From Oligoflexia bacterium (lineage in GTDB: Bacteria > Bdellovibrionota > UBA1018), in the NCBI GenBank assembly GCA_043732485.1, contig JAYTHP010000189.1, forward strand, positions 1-10,193: DNA of 10,193 bases, in the 5' to 3' direction. The translations under genes and the position numbers were made by a program. The notes beneath the pieces are model-generated. The model searched no databases, had not been told where the DNA came from, and saw nothing but the letters and a program-made list of their open reading frames with translations. How positions within the stretch are numbered: position 1 is the stretch's first letter; the number at the start of each line of letters is the position of its first letter. Shown here piece after piece: positions 5,994 through 10,193 of the stretch.

Positions 5994-7645
5994 TGGGCCA
6001 CCTGCTGCGGGGTTTGGGTGTTGACGATTAAGGAGCTGGGGATCAGGCCTTTGCGGGCCATCAGTAGGCCATAGGGGGTGTTGTTGAGGTCTTGCGGGCT
6101 ATGGGCGTCAGGATTAACGGCAATCCAGGCTTGTTTTTCACGAATCAGCGGGCCCCAGTGCCAATCACAATCGAGTCGGGAGGGGTGGGCATTGAATTCT
6201 AAGGCCACCTGATGCTTTTTGGCGGCCGTGACGATCGCCTCGCGGTCAAATTCATAGCCTTTGCGCCCTAAGAGCAGCCGTCCGGTGGGATGCCCAAGAA
6301 AGCGGGTAGCAGGATGCGCCAGCGCTTTGAGCAGTCTGCGGGTCATCTGACTGGCATCCATTTGAAAGCGGGAGTGAATGGAGGCGATCACGAAATCAAA
6401 CTCCCGCAAGCAGGCGTCAGGATAATCCAAGCTGCCGTCTTCCAGGATGTCGCTTTCAATCCCCCAAAAGAGCTGAATCTCAGGGTGTCGCTCTTGTACT
6501 TGGTCTAGCTCTTTTTTCTGGGCTTGCAAGTCACTCAAGCGCAAGCCGCGGGCGTAGACCGCCGATTGGCTGTGATCCGAAATGCCGATGTACTGATAGC
6601 CCAGAGTTTTTGCGGCAATTACCATCTCTTCAAGACTGGCTGAGCCGTCGGAGGCGGTCGTATGGTGATGGAAAATGCCCCTCAGGCAGTGAGCTGCAGG
6701 TAACCCTGCCAAGCCGCCTGCGGAGCGCGCAAGTGCCACTTCGGCGCCGGTTTCTCGTAGTTCGGGTGCCACAAACGGCAGACCTAGGCGCTGATAAAAC
6801 TCACTTTCTGAGGCGGCACGACACTGAGTCGTGGTGGCGGCAGCGGCGGGTTGGCCTAGCGCTTGCCAATGGGCACTGGAGCCGGTGGCTTGCACCCAGG
6901 CTGAGCCCCAGGCTTGCGGGTCATCACAAAAACTCAGCTGGAGGGGCAGTGTTTCGGGGTGTTGGCTGCGATAGGTATCGCAAAACGCCAGCAAGACCGA
7001 GGTGTTGTGGTGGTCGGCGTCGGTGGTGGCTGGCTGGAGGACTAAAAAGCTCAAGTTGTCGAGGACTTCTCTTTGCCTGCGTAACGCGCCTGCAGGCTCA
7101 ATTCTCACCCCCGGGAAGTGCGCTTGAAAGCTAGCACAAAAACTCGCTGCTTGCGCCAGGGCTTCGGGCAACAGGCGTAGACTTTGGTACGCGCGCCACT
7201 CGCGCGCCGCTTGCAGCAAGTTGGCTTGCGCTTTGGCGCCAAAGCCCTTGAGCGTGAGCAAGCGGTTTTCCAAGCAGGCATACTCCAGCTCCTGAGGGCT
7301 GGTTAAGCCGAGTTGCTGGATCAGGGTCTTGGCTTTTTTGGGTCCCAAGCCCTTGAGTTGCGTGAGCTCGATTAAGCCCGGGGGGAGGCTCTTTTCCAAT
7401 TCGTCTTTCAAGGGGGTTTTGTGATGCAACAAAAAATCGCTTAAAACCTGGGCGGTTGCGGCACCGACGCCAGGCAGCGAGCTTAAGGCTTGCGCTTGGG
7501 CAAGAGCCAGCAGATCGGGACAGCTGGCCACGGCAAGCGCGGCCTTTTCAAAGGCTCTAATTTTAAAGGGGTTTTCTTCGTGCAGTTGGTAAAGCGCGCT
7601 GATGGTTTGTAAGAGGTGTGCGGCTTGTTCTGGCAGAGTCGTCAT
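5972..7645 (-). CDS. polX: PolX-PHP protein, non-canonical (degenerate polymerase site, intact PHP domain)
   Basis: ENPFKIRAF, HhH motifs LPGVG, LKGLGPKKA and LKGFGAK, and APELRE. PHP motifs HHHTTASDG, ISDHS, GIESDI, SIHS, GHPTGR and NPDAH. The start is placed at ATG 7645 (557 aa; AAGGAG 13 nt upstream). It overlaps nth by 22 nt. Confidence 0.93.
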   Translation of the reverse strand: MTTLPEQAAHLLQTISALYQLHEENPFKIRAFEKAALAVASCPDLLALAQAQALSSLPGVGAATAQVLSDFLLHHKTPLKDELEKSLPPGLIELTQLKGLGPKKAKTLIQQLGLTSPQELEYACLENRLLTLKGFGAKAQANLLQAAREWRAYQSLRLLPEALAQAASFCASFQAHFPGVRIEPAGALRRQREVLDNLSFLVLQPATTDADHHNTSVLLAFCDTYRSQHPETLPLQLSFCDDPQAWGSAWVQATGSSAHWQALGQPAAAATTTQCRAASESEFYQRLGLPFVAPELRETGAEVALARSAGGLAGLPAAHCLRGIFHHHTTASDGSASLEEMVIAAKTLGYQYIGISDHSQSAVYARGLRLSDLQAQKKELDQVQERHPEIQLFWGIESDILEDGSLDYPDACLREFDFVIASIHSRFQMDASQMTRRLLKALAHPATRFLGHPTGRLLLGRKGYEFDREAIVTAAKKHQVALEFNAHPSRLDCDWHWGPLIREKQAWIAVNPDAHSPQDLNNTPYGLLMARKGLIPSSLIVNTQTPQQVAQWLKRAF

Positions 7646-7753
7646 GTTTTTTGGGGTGCTCCTTTTGAACGATTGGCTTACAAGTGTTTCTGGCAGTTGT
7701 GTCGGTGGGGGGAGGGCGCGGTGAATCGGTCCCCCGGTCTCATGAAGCAATCA

Positions 7754-7782
7754 TTGAAATTTCACGGAAAAAAGCTTACCTT
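7754..7782 (+). promoter_or_regulatory. putative sigma70 promoter of gap-pgk
   Basis: TTGAAA (7754-7759), 17-nt spacer, TACCTT (7777-7782), 55 nt upstream of the gap ATG. Confidence 0.5.
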
Positions 7783-7837
7783 CGGGGGAACACCAACGAG
7801 AGGCGAGTTTTGGGTGGTGTGACAATGAAAGGCAAGA

Positions 7838-8848
7838 ATGAAATACCCGATCCGCATTGCGATTAATGGTTTTGGCCGAATTGGTCGTAAGATTTTGAGA
7901 TTAGCACTGAATCAACCTGATTTTCAAGTGGTGGCCATTAACGACCCGGCCAGCCCGGAGCAAATCGCCCACTTGCTGAAGTACGATTCCGTGCACGGCA
8001 AGCTTGCCGATTCCGTGCACCTGGAAGGTTCCTTACTGCTGGTGGGTCCGCACCGCATTCCCTTGTTTTCCGATCGCAATCCCAGTGCTATGCCCTGGAG
8101 TGCGTTAGAGGTCGATTGGGTGCATGAGTGCACGGGCTCCTTGGTGGAGCGAGCTAAAGCGGAATTGCATCTGAAGGCGGGGGCAAAAAAAGTACTGATC
8201 TCAGCCCCGTCGCCTGACGCCGATGCCACCATTTGCTTAGGCGTCAATGAGCAGATCTATGACCCGCGGCTGCATCAGGTGATTTCCAATGCCTCGTGCA
8301 CGACTAACTGCTTGGCGCCGATTGTCAAAGTTTTAGATGACGCCTTTGGGATCGTGCGCGGCACCTTGCTCACGGTGCACAGCTATACCAATGATCAACG
8401 CTTACTAGATGTCACGCATAAGGATTTACGGCGCTCGCGCGCGGCAGGCTTATCGCAGATTCCGACTTCAACTGGTGCGGCGAAGGCGGTGGGGTTAGTG
8501 ATTCCGCATTTGAAGGGTAAGCTCGATGGTTTGTCGATTCGCGTTCCGACCCCGAACGTCTCGCTGGTGGATTTTACTGGGCAATTACAGCAAAAAACCA
8601 CCTTGCCTGCGGTTTTAGCGTCCTTAGAGCAGGCCGCCTTGGGTGATTTGAAAGGGATTTTAGGCTATTCGCTTGAGCCGTTGGTTTCCACCGACTATAA
8701 TGGTTCGACGCTCAGTGCCACCATCGATGCCCAGTCGACCTATTTGATAGAAGGTGAGATGGTGAAGGTGATTGCCTGGTATGATAATGAATCCGGGTTT
8801 TCCTGCCGGATGCTGGATGTGACTCGGGTTTTAGCTGCAAAAAGCTGA
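7838..8848 (+). CDS. gap: type I glyceraldehyde-3-phosphate dehydrogenase
   Basis: IAINGFGRIGR, VVAIND, YDSVHG, catalytic ASCTTNCL, RVPTPNVS and WYDNE. Confidence 0.99.
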   Translation: MKYPIRIAINGFGRIGRKILRLALNQPDFQVVAINDPASPEQIAHLLKYDSVHGKLADSVHLEGSLLLVGPHRIPLFSDRNPSAMPWSALEVDWVHECTGSLVERAKAELHLKAGAKKVLISAPSPDADATICLGVNEQIYDPRLHQVISNASCTTNCLAPIVKVLDDAFGIVRGTLLTVHSYTNDQRLLDVTHKDLRRSRAAGLSQIPTSTGAAKAVGLVIPHLKGKLDGLSIRVPTPNVSLVDFTGQLQQKTTLPAVLASLEQAALGDLKGILGYSLEPLVSTDYNGSTLSATIDAQSTYLIEGEMVKVIAWYDNESGFSCRMLDVTRVLAAKS

Positions 8849-8935
8849 GCGGGTGTTTTTTTTTGAGTGAGTAAGATCGTGAGTGTGCTGGGTCAGGGGT
8901 TTGGGGGGAGCAAAGCGTTGATTAAAGGAAAGTCT

Positions 8936-10193
8936 ATGGCAGTTGAAAAAAATAAGTCGTCGTCGTCGTCAGTGGTCAAAAGTATTCGTGACTTTCGGCT
9001 CAAGGGTAAAGCCGTGCTTTTGCGGCTGGATCTCAATGTGCCGCTTGCCCGCGAGGTCGTCGCTGGGTTAGGGGAGGCGCAAGAAGCGGGGCAGGCTGAG
9101 GACGGGGTGAGGGGTGGCGGCGTGCGGGTGCGAATCACCGACGACACCCGCATTCGCGAAGCCTTGCCGACCATCCGTTTTGCCCTAGAGCAAGAGGCGC
9201 GTTTGGTGATTATCGCACACTTAGGCAGGCCTGAGGGCAAGCGCATGGCTGAGTTTTCTTTGGAGCCGATTGCCGAGCACCTGGCCTTGCTTTTACATCA
9301 AGACGTGACGCTGGCTGAGGACTGCGGGGGCGAGGGGATCGGCTTGATGGTGCAGGGCTTAAAAAACGGGCAAATCTTGATGCTAGAAAATCTCCGGTTT
9401 CATCCCGAAGAGGAGCTCAATGATCCGGAGTTTAGTAAGCAACTCGTCAGTCTGGCACAAATCTACATTAACGACGCCTTTGGGGCAGCCCACCGCAAGC
9501 ATAGCTCGACCTACGGGGTGCCATCCCTACTTTTGGAGCGGGGGATAGGTTTGCTGATTGAAAAAGAGTTACGCTACCTAGCGCCCCTGCTGAGCAAGCC
9601 GGCGCGGCCTTTTTATGCCGTTTTGGGTGGCTCCAAGGTGCATGATAAGATTAAGACGATTGAAAGTTTGCTGCGCAAGGTCGATGGCTTGTTGGTGGGG
9701 GGTGCAATGGCCCATGCGTTTATGATGGCGGAAGGTCGCTCGCTGCCGCAAGGCGCAGCCCAGCCGCGGGTGTCGGATTTAGAAGCCGCGCGCTTGATCT
9801 TAAAAGAGGCTAAGCGCCGGGAAGTGGAAGTGATTTTACCTGAGGACAGCCATGACGGCTATGATTTGGGCAAGCAATCGATTTTGAAATTCATTGAGGT
9901 GTTATCGAGCGCAGGCACGGTGTTTTGGAATGGGCCTGTGGGGATGTTTGAAAATCCGCTTTATGCCGCAGGTACCTTTCAATTGGCGGCAGCCTTGGCG
10001 CAGCAAAAAGGGGTGGTGAAGATTGTAGGCGGCGGCGATACAGTGGCGGCCGTGGTACAATCGGGCTGGGCTGAGCATTTTCAGCACTTATCAACCGGCG
10101 GGGGGGCGGTGCTGGAGTATCTCGAAAATGGCAGCTTGCCCGGGCTTGAGGTGTTAAAGCTCACGCCGCGGGAATGTGCCTTGCTTGAGAAGT
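8936..10193 (+). CDS. pgk: phosphoglycerate kinase (3'-partial, no stop in window)
   Basis: Manual translation from ATG 8936 (AAAGGA upstream): RLDLNVPL, ITDDTRI, AHLGRP, LENLRF, YINDAFGAAHRKHSS, LGGSKVHDKI, VGGAMA, FWNGPVGMFE, VGGGDT, STGGGAVLEYLE and LPGLEVL. Confidence 0.98.
   Translation, partial: MAVEKNKSSSSSVVKSIRDFRLKGKAVLLRLDLNVPLAREVVAGLGEAQEAGQAEDGVRGGGVRVRITDDTRIREALPTIRFALEQEARLVIIAHLGRPEGKRMAEFSLEPIAEHLALLLHQDVTLAEDCGGEGIGLMVQGLKNGQILMLENLRFHPEEELNDPEFSKQLVSLAQIYINDAFGAAHRKHSSTYGVPSLLLERGIGLLIEKELRYLAPLLSKPARPFYAVLGGSKVHDKIKTIESLLRKVDGLLVGGAMAHAFMMAEGRSLPQGAAQPRVSDLEAARLILKEAKRREVEVILPEDSHDGYDLGKQSILKFIEVLSSAGTVFWNGPVGMFENPLYAAGTFQLAAALAQQKGVVKIVGGGDTVAAVVQSGWAEHFQHLSTGGGAVLEYLENGSLPGLEVLKLTPRECALLEK

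Noticed and set aside
8828..8865. Intrinsic terminator between gap and pgk (T9 tract)
   Set aside because: Only a weak 6-bp stem set apart from the T-run, and gap-pgk are normally co-transcribed.
637..10094. Remaining short ORFs in the track that lie antisense or out of frame within the permease, kinase, grxD, nth, polX, gap and pgk, plus 2144..2347 and 4490..4690
   Set aside because: Shadow ORFs of well-supported genes, or low-complexity frames crossing repeats and a terminator; no independent support.
1..10193. CRISPR array, tRNA or rRNA genes
   Set aside because: No repeat-spacer array and no cloverleaf or rRNA signatures seen; the repeats present are short tandem units without spacers.

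Overview
Bacterial chromosomal window, mostly housekeeping, with a small accessory patch at the left end. From left to right: (1) the left terminus and start of OrfA of an IS3-family insertion sequence running off the window edge (- strand, absent from the ORF track); (2) an APC-family amino-acid permease; (3) a decayed gene with three in-frame stops and a frameshift that resembles AbiEi/DUF6088-like type IV antitoxins; (4) an ABC1/AarF/UbiB atypical kinase; (5) a divergent 48-aa, very basic small ORF followed by a bidirectional terminator; (6) a - strand polX(PHP)-nth-bolA-grxD cluster in which PolX has lost its polymerase aspartates but keeps the PHP nuclease site; (7) the divergent gap-pgk genes. 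pgk is absent from the ORF track, runs off the right edge and carries unusual indels. The best leads are the polymerase-dead PolX coupled to Nth and Fe-S trafficking genes, the small basic protein and the antitoxin-like pseudogene. Family assignments come from motif recognition by eye, not database searches.
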